From a virus (taxonomy: Duplodnaviria; Caudoviricetes), in the IMG/VR virus record IMGVR_UViG_3300014204_000112, positions 96,001-160,000 of that record: a DNA stretch of 64,000 nt; one strand, 5' to 3'. Positions 40,759 to 50,438 of the stretch are shown one piece after another. The position numbers were made by a program, and so were the translations under genes. The notes under the pieces are model-generated. The model made no database searches. It was not told the origin of the DNA and worked only from the letters and a program-made list of their open reading frames with translations. Position 1 is the stretch's first letter. The number at the start of each line of letters is the position of its first letter.

Positions 40759-41148
40759 TTAACTGTATCTTGTGCTAATTAAGTTCAGTTGCTTGTCCCT
40801 AGTCTCTACCTTCCTGTCCTTGTAGTACAGGATGATTAGCGGCTCGATTTTTTGGTTTTTATTCACTATTGTTTTTGCAATTATTGCTAGACCAACGATT
40901 CCTGTGTAGTAATTCGAAGTCAATAGGTCTAATTTCAAATTGCGAATTTCGACTCTATCGTTATCATACCACATTGCTATGGTTTCGTGTCCGCATACTG
41001 CATTGACCATTCCTGTAAAGTAATTGCTTGCAATCAAATCACCGTTATCGGCCCTTACTTCCAATTTCGCTGCGTCCAAGTACAGAACTTGTGAAATCGA
41101 TACGATTGATAAAAAGACGAATGCTAATGCTAACAGTACTCGTTTCAT
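40759..41148 (-). CDS. secreted protein with three internal repeats
   Basis: Signal peptide; repeated (K/R)xExR...L..S.Y. Confidence 0.6.
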   Translation of the reverse strand: MKRVLLALAFVFLSIVSISQVLYLDAAKLEVRADNGDLIASNYFTGMVNAVCGHETIAMWYDNDRVEIRNLKLDLLTSNYYTGIVGLAIIAKTIVNKNQKIEPLIILYYKDRKVETRDKQLNLISTRYS

Positions 41149-41178
41149 GATTCTTAAATTACGGTTAATGTACCAAAA

Positions 41179-42351
41179 TTAGAACACCAGGGACGTTCTG
41201 AAATTACGGTGAACTGCTTCGGAGTCGGAGATCATTATGATGATGTCCTGATTGACTACTACCGGATCTCTTTCCGACGCTTTTTCTTCGGACGCTTTGT
41301 TAGCGGCAGCCGAACCTCTAGGCCTGCGTATTCTTTTTTTCTTTGCAAGTTCGAGATCAACGCCAAGCAGTTGAGCCTGGTAATGATTGAGGCCTTCTGA
41401 ATCGATTTTCACCTTGATGATGCGGTCGCCGAGGATGTCAATGATCTCTCCGATGTACTCGCTGTTAATGTAGAAGCTGTAACCTTCTTCGAATTCACAG
41501 TGAGGGCGGACTTTCACTGCTGTGAATATCGGCATAGCGGAAGTTTGCACTCCAGTATTTTCGTCGATGAGGAAAATATCGAACTTTTCAGAGATCTTAC
41601 GAACGTTGAACACGTCAGCAAAAGAATCGGGCTTCTGATTGTGAACGTTCACTTCTTGGCAGATCGTTTTCACGATGTCAACAGTGATCATTTCTAGAAG
41701 CGATATGAAACGAATGATGTCGTCAGTGTACTCCTTGCGAACCAGGCAATCGTTCACGATTTCCATGATTGCAGTAGTGCTGAGATCCTTGAAGGTTTTC
41801 AAGTAACGAATACGACCTGGCCTCTGTATGAGGTTCTCGTTGATGTACAACGAGTTGGTGGTCAGTATGAAAACTCTCTTGTGTTCTGAGTTCATTGCCC
41901 CGTCCATGATGGAAAGCAGGGTGTGATTTTCCTCGAAGATCTTTTCGTACTCGTCGATGAAGATGGTGATGTCTTGCGGAATGCTGTTTAGATAGTCCGC
42001 TCCGCCCTCAATGTACTTGCCCACAATGATGACCGGCAGATTGAGCTCGTTGCACATTACTTTGGCCGTGACGGTCTTTCCGGTTCCACGAGTTCCATTC
42101 ATGAGGATGCCGAGGTTTCCTGGAACTTCTGCAAACGTTCGTTTCACTCGCTGGATGAGATTTTCCTCGAGATCGTAAACTTTGTAATCGAAGGCGAATG
42201 AATCTGCGACTCTTGAAAGGTACATGTTACCCAGAGGATCGACTTCAAGCGTGAATACTTCGTTCGGCAGAATCTTGTGACTTACTCCAAAACTTCTAAG
42301 CCAGAATGTCTGATCGTTCTGAGCCCAAATCTTTCTTGATCTTTCTTCCAT
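41179..42351 (-). CDS. AAA+ ATPase
   Basis: GTRGTGKT, IFIDEYEK, LTTN, RPGRIRY. Confidence 0.85.
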   Translation of the reverse strand: MEERSRKIWAQNDQTFWLRSFGVSHKILPNEVFTLEVDPLGNMYLSRVADSFAFDYKVYDLEENLIQRVKRTFAEVPGNLGILMNGTRGTGKTVTAKVMCNELNLPVIIVGKYIEGGADYLNSIPQDITIFIDEYEKIFEENHTLLSIMDGAMNSEHKRVFILTTNSLYINENLIQRPGRIRYLKTFKDLSTTAIMEIVNDCLVRKEYTDDIIRFISLLEMITVDIVKTICQEVNVHNQKPDSFADVFNVRKISEKFDIFLIDENTGVQTSAMPIFTAVKVRPHCEFEEGYSFYINSEYIGEIIDILGDRIIKVKIDSEGLNHYQAQLLGVDLELAKKKRIRRPRGSAAANKASEEKASERDPVVVNQDIIIMISDSEAVHRNFRTSLVF

Positions 42352-42368
42352 TACTGTGATTTTATAGA

Positions 42369-42806
42369 TTAACGATTTGTGTGACCTGGAATGAATACAC
42401 CTCTACCAAGGTCGATGAATTGCAAGGTCTTTCCTGCGAAGGCAAGACCACGTACTTCGTCCGTGAACGATCCAGCGTATTCCGTTGAATGCGTTTTTAT
42501 CCAGCGCTTGTTCATGTGTTCGGCTCGATTGATCTTGATGTCTGGTGTATGATCAAGAACCGTTTCGTAAACAGTGATTGGCGTTCCATTCACAGATACT
42601 GCTTCGCCGACGTATTTCAGGTCGTCAATGTCAATATCGATTCCGGTTTCTTCCATCGTCTCGCGAACGCATGCTGCCTTTTTTGAAGTGTCTTCGGCGT
42701 CCACCTTTCCTCCTGCCAAGCACCAACCGAACGGATTCTTCGCTCTTAGTAAGAAGAGAGTTTCGCCCTTTTCGTTGATGATCCTGTTTACTACTGCGGT
42801 TTTCAT
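42369..42806 (-). CDS. NUDIX hydrolase
   Basis: GGKVD...ACVRETMEETG Nudix box. Confidence 0.85.
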   Translation of the reverse strand: MKTAVVNRIINEKGETLFLLRAKNPFGWCLAGGKVDAEDTSKKAACVRETMEETGIDIDIDDLKYVGEAVSVNGTPITVYETVLDHTPDIKINRAEHMNKRWIKTHSTEYAGSFTDEVRGLAFAGKTLQFIDLGRGVFIPGHTNR

Positions 42807-43036
42807 TTTGGTTCGGTTATTTCAATTTTGTAATCTACTTGAGTAGAAAAGTGTAAAATGGTTTTTTCGATTATTCGCTGACAGATAATAGCATCATTGA
42901 CTGCTGAATCTTCTAAGCCAAGCATCAAAATGATGCTATTATCCATCAGCGAATAGTTTCTAACGTCCTTGTACGAATCGCAAAGGTAATACTCGCCACT
43001 ACTGGTGGACTGTCGTTTGTATATTTTGACTGTCAT
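42803..43036 (-). CDS. hypothetical protein
   Basis: 77 aa. Confidence 0.5.
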   Translation of the reverse strand: MTVKIYKRQSTSSGEYYLCDSYKDVRNYSLMDNSIILMLGLEDSAVNDAIICQRIIEKTILHFSTQVDYKIEITEPK

Positions 43037-43057
43037 GATTGTTAGATTATGTGATTA

Positions 43058-43399
43058 CTATACCACAAACGGTTGGTAATCGGTTTCCGTAACTCCACGA
43101 AGTTCTGCCAACATGTTCTGAGCTCCATTGTAGTTCCATGAGTGAATGATTACGATAGGCGGAGGGTTCTTCATTTTAGCAATGTGCTGAGCTACTTCGT
43201 AACCCGTGTTCTCACCGCTCTGTTGGTAAACCTTTCCTCCGAGATCATGGTCCAAGCTGGCCAAGTCGAACTTGATCTTTTTTAAGAGATCGATAGCTTC
43301 CTTGGCAGTTTCAGCTATGTGCAAGTCATGATTTGTTGCCCATCGTTTCTTTATAGCTTCGATGCGATTGTGATCATCGTCCAGGAAAAGTATTTTCAT
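43058..43399 (-). CDS. cyclic-phosphate-processing receiver domain protein
   Basis: ILFLDDD..R, SLDHDLG, TGYEV, IHSWN. Confidence 0.75.
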   Translation of the reverse strand: MKILFLDDDHNRIEAIKKRWATNHDLHIAETAKEAIDLLKKIKFDLASLDHDLGGKVYQQSGENTGYEVAQHIAKMKNPPPIVIIHSWNYNGAQNMLAELRGVTETDYQPFVV

Positions 43400-43413
43400 T
43401 GCTTCTTCTTATT

Positions 43414-44093
43414 TTATTGTAACAGGTCTATCTTACCCTTTTGTACGTCCTTCCATCTGCACTGCTTGTTGGTAGAGTGATCCACCACCATTCCATCGAC
43501 TATTCTGTACGTCCTCTTCCTCAATCCCCTACCACTATCTCCGATCTGATCGTTACGGTGATTTCTAATTCTTTCGTCGTGCTTGCTAGTTGCAATCGAC
43601 TTCAGTTTCTCCTCTAACAATTTGTAAGCGAGTTCCTCGTTCTTATTTTGATCTCGAGTTTTTTCGCACCTTATTTGAATGTCAGTTGGAATGTGAGTTA
43701 GTCGAACGCAGCTAGAAACTTTATTGACATTCTGGCCACCCTTCCGCGACTGCGTGTGTATTGCTTATTGATACTATTCATGTCAAGTTTGAATGAAACC
43801 TGGTCATCGGGATTCATTATAGCAACCGTTACGAAACTTGTCTGTATTCTTCCGTTCTTCTCGGTTGGTGGGACTCGTATGAAGCACTGGGAACCGCTTT
43901 CGTTTGAGAAGAACTTGCCTGCGTCATAGCCTTGTATTCATATCGACATGAACCCATCCCTGAGTTCAGTTACTCTTCAATTGTAAGCTTGGTTCTTGCA
44001 CGCTCTGACGTAAATGTTAGTCAGGTCTTCCACTAAAAGTTTTGAGTCATTGCCTCCCTCTGAAGCTCTGATCTCGAGTTTAATCTGTTTCAT
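43414..44093 (-). CDS. prfA: class I peptide chain release factor, RF1-type; two in-frame UGA and one -1 frame break
   Basis: LEIRASEGG, RVPPTEKNGRIQTS (PxT), GGQNVNKVSSCVRLTHIPT, RDQNKN, KRTY; TGA at 43977-79 and 43938-40; frame break near 43741. Confidence 0.85.
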
Positions 44094-44123
44094 TTGTTTG
44101 GCTTTTTTTAATCGCATAAAAAA

Positions 44124-44251
44124 CCGGAGAACATTGGAAAGAGTTGTTTTTGTTGCAAAAAGCGGATTCAAACCGCTGACATATTGTCCCCAAAACAATT
44201 GCCCTATCAGCTGGGCGATTTTCGCGAAGTAACTCTTGACCTTGCTACCGG
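44124..44251 (-). ncRNA. Y-RNA-like #1: conserved helix extending the acceptor stem of a tRNA(UGG)-like body
   Basis: UAGCAA..AGAGUUACUUCG / AACUCU..UUCU; D, anticodon and T arms in normal order. Confidence 0.7.
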
Positions 44252-44268
44252 ATTTCTTAAATTCAATT

Positions 44269-44469
44269 TCAAACCATGAGTTTGAAAATTCGCAGGTGAT
44301 TCAACAACTGCTCGTTACCCATCCATTCTGCATACCCATCAGCTTTTTGATAAGCTTCGTGAATGTTCAGGGCTTTCACGTAAAAGTGTAGAACTTCACC
44401 GCTCGTAAGGGTGATGTCTACCAGCCAATACTTGAGAGGCTGTTTCGGTTTTTCAGTTTGTGTTTTCAT
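44269..44469 (-). CDS. hypothetical protein
   Basis: 66 aa between two Y-like RNAs. Confidence 0.55.
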   Translation of the reverse strand: MKTQTEKPKQPLKYWLVDITLTSGEVLHFYVKALNIHEAYQKADGYAEWMGNEQLLNHLRIFKLMV

Positions 44470-44529
44470 ATTGTCAGAACGATCTGACTCTACGAACTGT
44501 TGATTCTCTTCATGGTTTTTAATAAGTTT

Positions 44530-44657
44530 TTGGGAGAATGGGACAAGGGCTTTACGCCTCTCGGCGTTCGGCCGGACTTGAACCGGCGATCCATTGTGTT
44601 GCGAACAATTGCTTAAACCAACTAAGCTACGAAGTATCCCTACGCGTTGCTACCCAA
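44530..44657 (-). ncRNA. Y-RNA-like #2: helix on the acceptor side of a tRNA-like body
   Basis: UAGCAA..AGGGAUACUUCG / CCCU..AUUCUC (covarying); GGUUCAAGUCC T arm. Confidence 0.7.
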
Positions 44658-44812
44658 ATATTTTTAATGTCTTCAAAGAACAAAGAAACCGTCGACTACT
44701 TTTCGAGGGAGGTACTTCATCTAATTTCCCTGTGTCCCCCTAGTATAAACCTCCGATTGATTCGGTAACGCATTTCTGCGCCTACGCATAGCGACGACCC
44801 GTTAGGGTGCAT

Positions 44813-45085
44813 TTAAGACACCTCGATTTCAGCCAGCCATTTTTTAGCCCAACCTTTAACCTTCTGAATGTCGCTATACGTTTGCATGTCAACCAATTTC
44901 AAGTACCTCATAGCGTTGCACCTAAAATGATTATCATTATCAAGCCAAATATTTATAGCTCCATTGTCTCCAGCAGCGGTTACCGCTAATTCGGTTGTAA
45001 TTTTTTTTACTTGAAAAGCCTTATTAATAAAAATGGCTTTAGTCTCTTTTCTGTTTGTCCCTTCTAAATTATTAAGTGTTACCAT
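44813..45085 (-). CDS. hypothetical cassette-like protein
   Basis: AT-rich; bounded by GTTAGGGTGCA / TGCACCTAA and ~40-nt imperfect direct repeats. Confidence 0.6.
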   Translation of the reverse strand: MVTLNNLEGTNRKETKAIFINKAFQVKKITTELAVTAAGDNGAINIWLDNDNHFRCNAMRYLKLVDMQTYSDIQKVKGWAKKWLAEIEVS

Positions 45086-45224
45086 AATTATGAACCTCCA
45101 ATTGATTCAGTAATGCATTATTGCACCTAAGCTACTTACCGTCTCACCTTTTCGGTTCAACAGCAATCCCGTTGTTTATCTTACTCCCACCTCGTCAGCG
45201 GTTTCAAAGAATTATTTATTTTTG

Positions 45225-45332
45225 AGGAGTGGCCAGAATTGAACTAGCAATCCGATTCAGCTTTTCCGAAGCCTTACTAACTTACCTAGGCTTTTAGCAG
45301 GTCCTTCGGGACTGTTTCGGCCCTTTTACTCC
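45225..45332 (-). ncRNA. atypical tRNA-like RNA
   Basis: GGAGT/ACTCC closing stem; GCTAG-TTCAATT-CTGGC T arm; non-tRNA interior. Confidence 0.4.
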
Positions 45333-45337
45333 ATGCG

Positions 45338-45370
45338 AAAAAAACGAGGCCGGCCTGGAACCGGCCTCGG
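45338..45370 (-). terminator. intrinsic terminator after TROVE gene
   Basis: CGAGGCCGG/CCGGCCTCG hairpin plus U7. Confidence 0.75.
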
Positions 45371-45380
45371 TTAGTGAGTG

Positions 45381-47009
45381 TTAGATTACGATCTTACGTA
45401 CCTTGTCCAGGTGGTATGTAGGATTGAATTCGACGTTGGCGATGTCGTCGAACATCGAGAAGCCGTAACCGTAGTAGAAACGGACCTTGTCACCGATCAG
45501 CTGAGTTGTGCCGTAGGATGCCAAGTCTACAGAGTAGACGTATGGGTTTCCGACGTTCCTCAGGTAGTTCGTGTACGAAGAGTACGTGTTTCCACGGTTG
45601 CATTCGTTGTCAGAGAGGATGAACACCCTGTCGTACGCCTTTCCGGAACGTGCTGCCAGATCCCAAGCGGTGCTTAGGTTGGTTCCACCAAGGTTAGCAT
45701 TGAACGACCTTGCGATCGAGAATACGTCCTGGTTTGCGTTCCATGGGGTGAAGTGAGCGCTCGATCCGAACTGAATAACGTCAGCATTGGTTGCCTTCGC
45801 GATTGTTGCTCCGATCAAGGATGCCTTGTCAGCACATGACGTTGAGTACTGAGTCTTCCTGTTAGGGTCGACCATCTTCGTGGTCATGGATCCGGACCTG
45901 TCGATGATAACGAGGTTCCTTCCTGGCAATGCTTCCGCAAGGTTTGGAACGGATGCTTCGTAACCGATCAACAGTGCCTGTGCGATCTTCCTTCCGTCCA
46001 TCTTCGAGCCGAATTCTGCGAGCAGAATTTCGCCGGCCATGTCGATCTGGTAAGGCATGATCTTTGCCTGCCTGATAAGGTTTGGGTCCGACAGAACTGC
46101 GCACAGCTTGTCAATCGTTGCACGATCGGAGACCGTGTTCAGAATGCTCCTGATGTTACGCAGAGCTGCAAGAGTACCGAGCTTACCTTCGGTCAACAGA
46201 GCTCCCCAGTTTTCAGCCTTAGCTTCCTTGAGGATTTCTGCACCTTCAGCCTTGGTGATCTTACCTGCCTTTACGGCCTTTGCAACTTCCTGACCTGCGT
46301 CAGAGTTAGCAACTTCCCAGGTGTCGGCGGATACAGCCAAGCCCTTGATAACGGCATCGATTGCAGATACCCTTTCGCCCTTGAATTCAACGAATGCCCT
46401 CGACTGCTTTGGGTCAGGGTGAACGAGGTTGATAACGTCGATCAATGCTGACTTGTACTTCAGGATCGAGTATGCGTCGAGCCTTTCGATTGCATCAGCA
46501 AAACCCTTCTTCATAGAGTTGGTTGCCTTCGTCTTGTTCATAACCGAGAAACAGGCGATGATTTCGGCCATGTCGTCCGGACGGAAAATGGTTCCACCAG
46601 ACTGGTTCTTCTTGTTCCACAGTGAGTAGAACCTCTTCGCCCATTCGAGACCAGCGCAGTAAGGAGCGAGGTAGCTTGCTGCGAGGTGGTTGATCGACCT
46701 CATACCTTCACCAACGCAACGTGAGTACACGATGCACTGTGCGGTTAGGTAAGGATCTTCCTTTGCACAGGCAGTAACGATTCCCTTGAGTTCCCTCATG
46801 GTTTCATTTTCTGACCTGTAGAACTGGTTTTCCAGCTTCAAGGTGTTGAGCATTGTGATCAGTCTCAACCACTTGTCGATCGCATAAGCCGCGTGGCCCG
46901 AACGATTGACAGTGTTAGGCGTAGGAACTGCGTTAGCAGCTACTAACTTCGCCTTAGGTGCCGTCTTGGCAAGCTTAGTACGAAGATTTGCGTTTCTGAA
47001 CTTTGTCAT
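45381..47009 (-). CDS. Ro60/Rsr-like TROVE-domain RNA-binding protein with C-terminal vWA domain
   Basis: TVNRSGHAAY, FYRSE, GMRS, RPDD, LVHP, AALRNIR, IDRSGSM, GGT, ILSDNE, VDLASYG. Confidence 0.85.
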   Translation of the reverse strand: MTKFRNANLRTKLAKTAPKAKLVAANAVPTPNTVNRSGHAAYAIDKWLRLITMLNTLKLENQFYRSENETMRELKGIVTACAKEDPYLTAQCIVYSRCVGEGMRSINHLAASYLAPYCAGLEWAKRFYSLWNKKNQSGGTIFRPDDMAEIIACFSVMNKTKATNSMKKGFADAIERLDAYSILKYKSALIDVINLVHPDPKQSRAFVEFKGERVSAIDAVIKGLAVSADTWEVANSDAGQEVAKAVKAGKITKAEGAEILKEAKAENWGALLTEGKLGTLAALRNIRSILNTVSDRATIDKLCAVLSDPNLIRQAKIMPYQIDMAGEILLAEFGSKMDGRKIAQALLIGYEASVPNLAEALPGRNLVIIDRSGSMTTKMVDPNRKTQYSTSCADKASLIGATIAKATNADVIQFGSSAHFTPWNANQDVFSIARSFNANLGGTNLSTAWDLAARSGKAYDRVFILSDNECNRGNTYSSYTNYLRNVGNPYVYSVDLASYGTTQLIGDKVRFYYGYGFSMFDDIANVEFNPTYHLDKVRKIVI

Positions 47010-47051
47010 TTCAGTATCGGTTTTTTTAGTTGTTTTACTTTACTCTTTTTA

Positions 47052-47612
47052 CTACTCATTGGTCTCTTCGCGCGAAAATATTCCAATATCTTTTTTCCTA
47101 CGGTGCTTTGCACTTTCGGACATTTTTGCTTTAGTTTCAGGCGAATGGGTTCTTCCTGTCCAATCGCACGGTTTTATTTTTCCTTCTTTATGCAAGCGTT
47201 TGAAAATATCGGAATTTCTGTCTTTTACTTCTTTTCTAAATTCCGGATCTTCTTTTAATTTTTTTGATCTAGCAAATCCGCCTGCTACTGCTCCTTTTTT
47301 ACAACCTTTCGGCGAAATAAATCCGCCGCCGCCGCCATTAACCAAATTCATACATAATCGGTCAGTTAGAAGCTCTTCATTTACCAATTGGTGTTCTCTG
47401 TCTTTCAGTTGTTCCAAATTGGGTAAAAATTCTAAGATTTCCTTAGTATGATTTTCCAATCCGTACTTATTGATAGAGTACTTTAGTTTTCTACCGCTTC
47501 CCATGTAACCATCATGTATATTTGAGGTTGCATGCATTCCTATGTAATACTTTTCAGTTACTTTACAAGTAATTTTGTAAATGTAAAAGATTGAATTAGG
47601 TTTTCTTGGCAT
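47052..47612 (-). CDS. GIY-YIG homing endonuclease
   Basis: YIYKITC...YYIGMH, YMGSG; paralog of 54664 and 55779. Confidence 0.9.
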   Translation of the reverse strand: MPRKPNSIFYIYKITCKVTEKYYIGMHATSNIHDGYMGSGRKLKYSINKYGLENHTKEILEFLPNLEQLKDREHQLVNEELLTDRLCMNLVNGGGGGFISPKGCKKGAVAGGFARSKKLKEDPEFRKEVKDRNSDIFKRLHKEGKIKPCDWTGRTHSPETKAKMSESAKHRRKKDIGIFSREETNE

Positions 47613-47667
47613 TTGTGTTCCATATTTTGGATTATTTATCCATCATTAGGTACACAAAATACCAGTG

Positions 47668-47742
47668 AGGCAAGGATGGGATTCGAACCCATGACTTTAC
47701 TGTTTTGCAGACAGTCCCCTTTGACCACTCGAGCACCTTGCC
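47668..47742 (-). tRNA. tRNA-Cys(GCA)
   Basis: ACTGT-CTGCAAA-ACAGT. Confidence 0.85.
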
Positions 47743-47755
47743 GTGCTTTACTCAG

Positions 47756-47829
47756 TATCCGCGGAGGGACTCGAACCCCCAACCCTTTGATCCGTAGTCA
47801 AAAGCTCTATCCAATTGAGCTACGCGGAC
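47756..47829 (-). tRNA. tRNA-Arg(ACG)
   Basis: TTTGA-CTACGGA-TCAAA. Confidence 0.85.
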
Positions 47830-47845
47830 ATGTATTCTTTATTAG

Positions 47846-47917
47846 TAGCCAGCAAGCGAATCGAACGCTTATCTCAAGTTCCGGAAACTTGCGTTCTATC
47901 CGTTGAACTAGTCGGCC
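47846..47917 (-). tRNA. tRNA-Arg(CCG)
   Basis: CAAGT-TTCCGGA-ACTTG. Confidence 0.8.
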
Positions 47918-47935
47918 ATATCATCTTGGGAAATG

Positions 47936-48011
47936 TGGTGGGATCGGAGGGAATCGAACCCTCAACCCCCTGATTAAGAGTCAGGTGCTCTGCCTGTTAA
48001 GCTACGAACCC
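47936..48011 (-). tRNA. tRNA-Lys(CUU)
   Basis: CCTGA-CTCTTAA-TCAGG; CCA encoded. Confidence 0.85.
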
Positions 48012-48019
48012 ATATTTAT

Positions 48020-48095
48020 TGGTGACCCAGGAAGGACTCGAACCTTCGACCCACAGCTTAGAAGGCTGTTGCTCTATCCACTGAGCTACAAGGCC
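48020..48095 (-). tRNA. tRNA-Arg(UCU)
   Basis: ACAGC-CTTCTAA-GCTGT; CCA encoded. Confidence 0.85.
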
Positions 48096-48106
48096 GGATT
48101 TTTTCG

Positions 48107-48181
48107 TGGTAGCCCAACCGAGAATCGAACTCGGATCTAAAGTTTAGGAAACTTCTATTCTATCCGTTGAACTATCAGGCC
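48107..48181 (-). tRNA. tRNA-Arg(CCU)
   Basis: GAAGT-TTCCTAA-ACTTT; CCA encoded. Confidence 0.85.
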
Positions 48182-48241
48182 ATATTTCTCGTTTACCTGG
48201 ATGATCCAGGCGGGATTATCTTGTGATAGTCACTGTAACTA

Positions 48242-48538
48242 TCATTCGATTACCTTCTGCCATTTGGCTAACTTCGTTTCGATCATTGATTTTATCTGAT
48301 CTTTCGACATTCCGATTCGAGTCATGAATGCAAGTATTACCAGTAGGACGTCGACTGCTTCTTCTCCAACATCTTCGATGCTCTTGTTCTTGTACTCGCA
48401 ACCGCATGCTTTTTCGTACGATAGAAGAGCTTCGGCAACTTCGCCGGATTCTTCCATCAGCTTCAGAAGCAACTGCGATGCAGTCTTGCCCTCTTTGGTT
48501 CTTGACACTTCCATTATTTTGTCGATCAATTCTTCCAT
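48242..48538 (-). CDS. MazG-like nucleotide pyrophosphohydrolase
   Basis: KLMEESGEVAEA, EEAVDV, KLAKW. Confidence 0.8.
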   Translation of the reverse strand: MEELIDKIMEVSRTKEGKTASQLLLKLMEESGEVAEALLSYEKACGCEYKNKSIEDVGEEAVDVLLVILAFMTRIGMSKDQIKSMIETKLAKWQKVIE

Positions 48539-48567
48539 GTTAACGATTTTTGATCTATTATACTGAG

Positions 48568-48606
48568 CGGAGGATGAGAGGCTCGAACTCTCGCGGCTTT
48601 TACACC
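48568..48606 (-). pseudogene. 3' half remnant of a Ser-type tRNA
   Basis: Variable arm, T arm and acceptor 3' strand only. Confidence 0.5.
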
Positions 48607-48618
48607 ATTTACTTTTTG

Positions 48619-48707
48619 CGGCAGAGAGAGGATTCGAACCTCCGGGCCAGTTTTCACCGACCGACAGTTTAGCAAACTGCTACCTTAAACCTCTCGGTCA
48701 CTCTACC
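48619..48707 (-). tRNA. tRNA-Ser(GCU)
   Basis: GCAGT-TTGCTAA-ACTGT; long variable arm. Confidence 0.85.
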
Positions 48708-49356
48708 GTATAATATGTTTATCGATTAAAACTAGTTTATCCCATATTTCTAAATTACCAGTAAATTGACTCCATTTACTGCGGTCAAGTTCTGTAATAT
48801 ATCCTTTAACCTCAATAAACGTATTTGTCTCTAACAAATAAAAATCTGGGCAATATGTTCTGTTTTTACCAGTTGAATCTGTATAATCAAATCGTTTTTT
48901 ATTTCGTATCCATTTAACATTATGACTATCCAAAAATTTGGCAACCGCTAATTCCCATGAACCATCTAACTTAACAACTCCAGCAATAGGACTAACGTAA
49001 TCAATTTTAACTGTTCTGCCGGCTTTTGATTCCCAACCATTTGCATATCGTCGTTTCATTTCTTCACTGCGTTGTTCGCAGAAAATAGACGACATTTGTC
49101 GACCTGCTATTTTGCTAGATAATAATTTTTTAGTTTCAGGCTTATGGTGTCTACCTTTCCAAGTAGATCCATCATTTAATTTTTTAAAATGACTTGTTCG
49201 TATCCCACTATCATATTGTTCTTTGAGTTTAATTGTTATTTTTTCTCCAATTTTAGACTTAACGTCAGAACACAACTGATAATTTGGCATGCAGCAAACC
49301 TTTCCATTTTTCAATGTAAATTTTGCTTCTTCTTTTTGACAATACGAACACAGCAT
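48703..49356 (-). CDS. PD-(D/E)xK putative homing endonuclease
   Basis: GSWEL, YCPDFYL, FIEVKGY. Confidence 0.8.
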   Translation of the reverse strand: MLCSYCQKEEAKFTLKNGKVCCMPNYQLCSDVKSKIGEKITIKLKEQYDSGIRTSHFKKLNDGSTWKGRHHKPETKKLLSSKIAGRQMSSIFCEQRSEEMKRRYANGWESKAGRTVKIDYVSPIAGVVKLDGSWELAVAKFLDSHNVKWIRNKKRFDYTDSTGKNRTYCPDFYLLETNTFIEVKGYITELDRSKWSQFTGNLEIWDKLVLIDKHIIR

Positions 49357-49392
49357 ACGTTTTTATTTATTTATACTGGCCCCATAAGTAAA

Positions 49393-49550
49393 AAAGCAAA
49401 GAATGTTTCAAACAGCGTTTTTCTAATAGCGCTCTAGCCGTTGAGCTATCTGGGCATGGTCTTAAAAATTAGAGCCCAGAGCCGGATTCGAACCGACAAC
49501 CTCTCTCTTGGAATGAGAATCGAAGTAACTGTTCAGATTACTATTGCTTT
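49393..49550 (-). ncRNA. Y-RNA-like #3: YrlA topology (T arm, loop-closed acceptor stem, D arm; helix at anticodon position)
   Basis: UAGUAA..ACAGUUACUUCG; GGUUCGAAUCC precedes UCUGGGC/GCCCAGA and UAGCUCAACGGCUAGAGC. Confidence 0.8.
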
Positions 49551-50229
49551 ATTTTTTAATTTCGTATTGTTTTAATTCCGCTTCTCTCCAGATTTCCAAC
49601 TCATTATTTTTCAATACCTCAGTCCATTTGAGAAGATCAGTATCTTTTACATATCCTTTAGTTTCAACATAATAGAAGGATCCGTCATTTCTAAAAACCT
49701 TAAAATCCAAAAGATAGCTGTGAGATTTCCCATCCAAGCCAATATATTGAATTCGATCGTTAGTGTATTCCCAATCAAATATTGTTTTCTGTTCTTTCCA
49801 TCTGTCTAAGATTTTACATGCTCGCAATTCGTATGTACCTTGAATTTTGATGTCCTTGTAAACAAACCATTTTGTTTTTCCACCATATACCATTTTTCCA
49901 GAAGAGTACAGAGATTTTATCGCTTTGGACAAATTTAGTTTACGTTCGTCGCTAAATGAACAATGTGTATTTGTATAGATTTGTTGACAAGTTCGCGAAC
50001 AAAATTGAGATTGCCGTTTGGTCCACGGTCTAGAAAATTCATTTTTGCAATTTTTACAAATGATAATCAAGGATGGATGACCAGATCCCTTTAATTTGGT
50101 TGAAACTTTTTTGTTTATTAATTCTCTTTTTTCTTTTGAACTAAATCCACGTGAGCATTTTATTGAACAAAAACGACCACTTCCAAATGAACCATTGTGC
50201 TCTGTGCCACAATATTCGCAAGATTTCAT
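49549..50229 (-). CDS. PD-(D/E)xK putative homing endonuclease with zinc fingers
   Basis: GSGRFCS, QGTYEL, YLLDF, YVETKGY. Confidence 0.8.
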   Translation of the reverse strand: MKSCEYCGTEHNGSFGSGRFCSIKCSRGFSSKEKRELINKKVSTKLKGSGHPSLIIICKNCKNEFSRPWTKRQSQFCSRTCQQIYTNTHCSFSDERKLNLSKAIKSLYSSGKMVYGGKTKWFVYKDIKIQGTYELRACKILDRWKEQKTIFDWEYTNDRIQYIGLDGKSHSYLLDFKVFRNDGSFYYVETKGYVKDTDLLKWTEVLKNNELEIWREAELKQYEIKK

Positions 50230-50293
50230 AAGATTTTATTTTTTTTTCTTATTTATCTTCGAACCTTCGACTTTTTGAGCCATCTAAAATGTG

Positions 50294-50367
50294 GGTGTCT
50301 AACCAGATTCGAACTGGTACTAAAAGTGCCACAAACTTTCGTGCTAACCATTAACACTATAAACACC
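50294..50367 (-). tRNA. tRNA-His(GUG)
   Basis: AAAGT-TTGTGGC-ACTTT. Confidence 0.85.
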
Positions 50368-50438
50368 ATGTAAAAAAATGCTTCTCGGATTACCTTACGG
50401 CATGTGTCCCGATAGTTCTGTATGCACGAAGCATTGTG

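Noticed and set aside
44094-44198. N-terminal extension of the release factor ORF given in the track
   Set aside because: Overlaps Y-like RNA #1; homology starts at ATG 44093.
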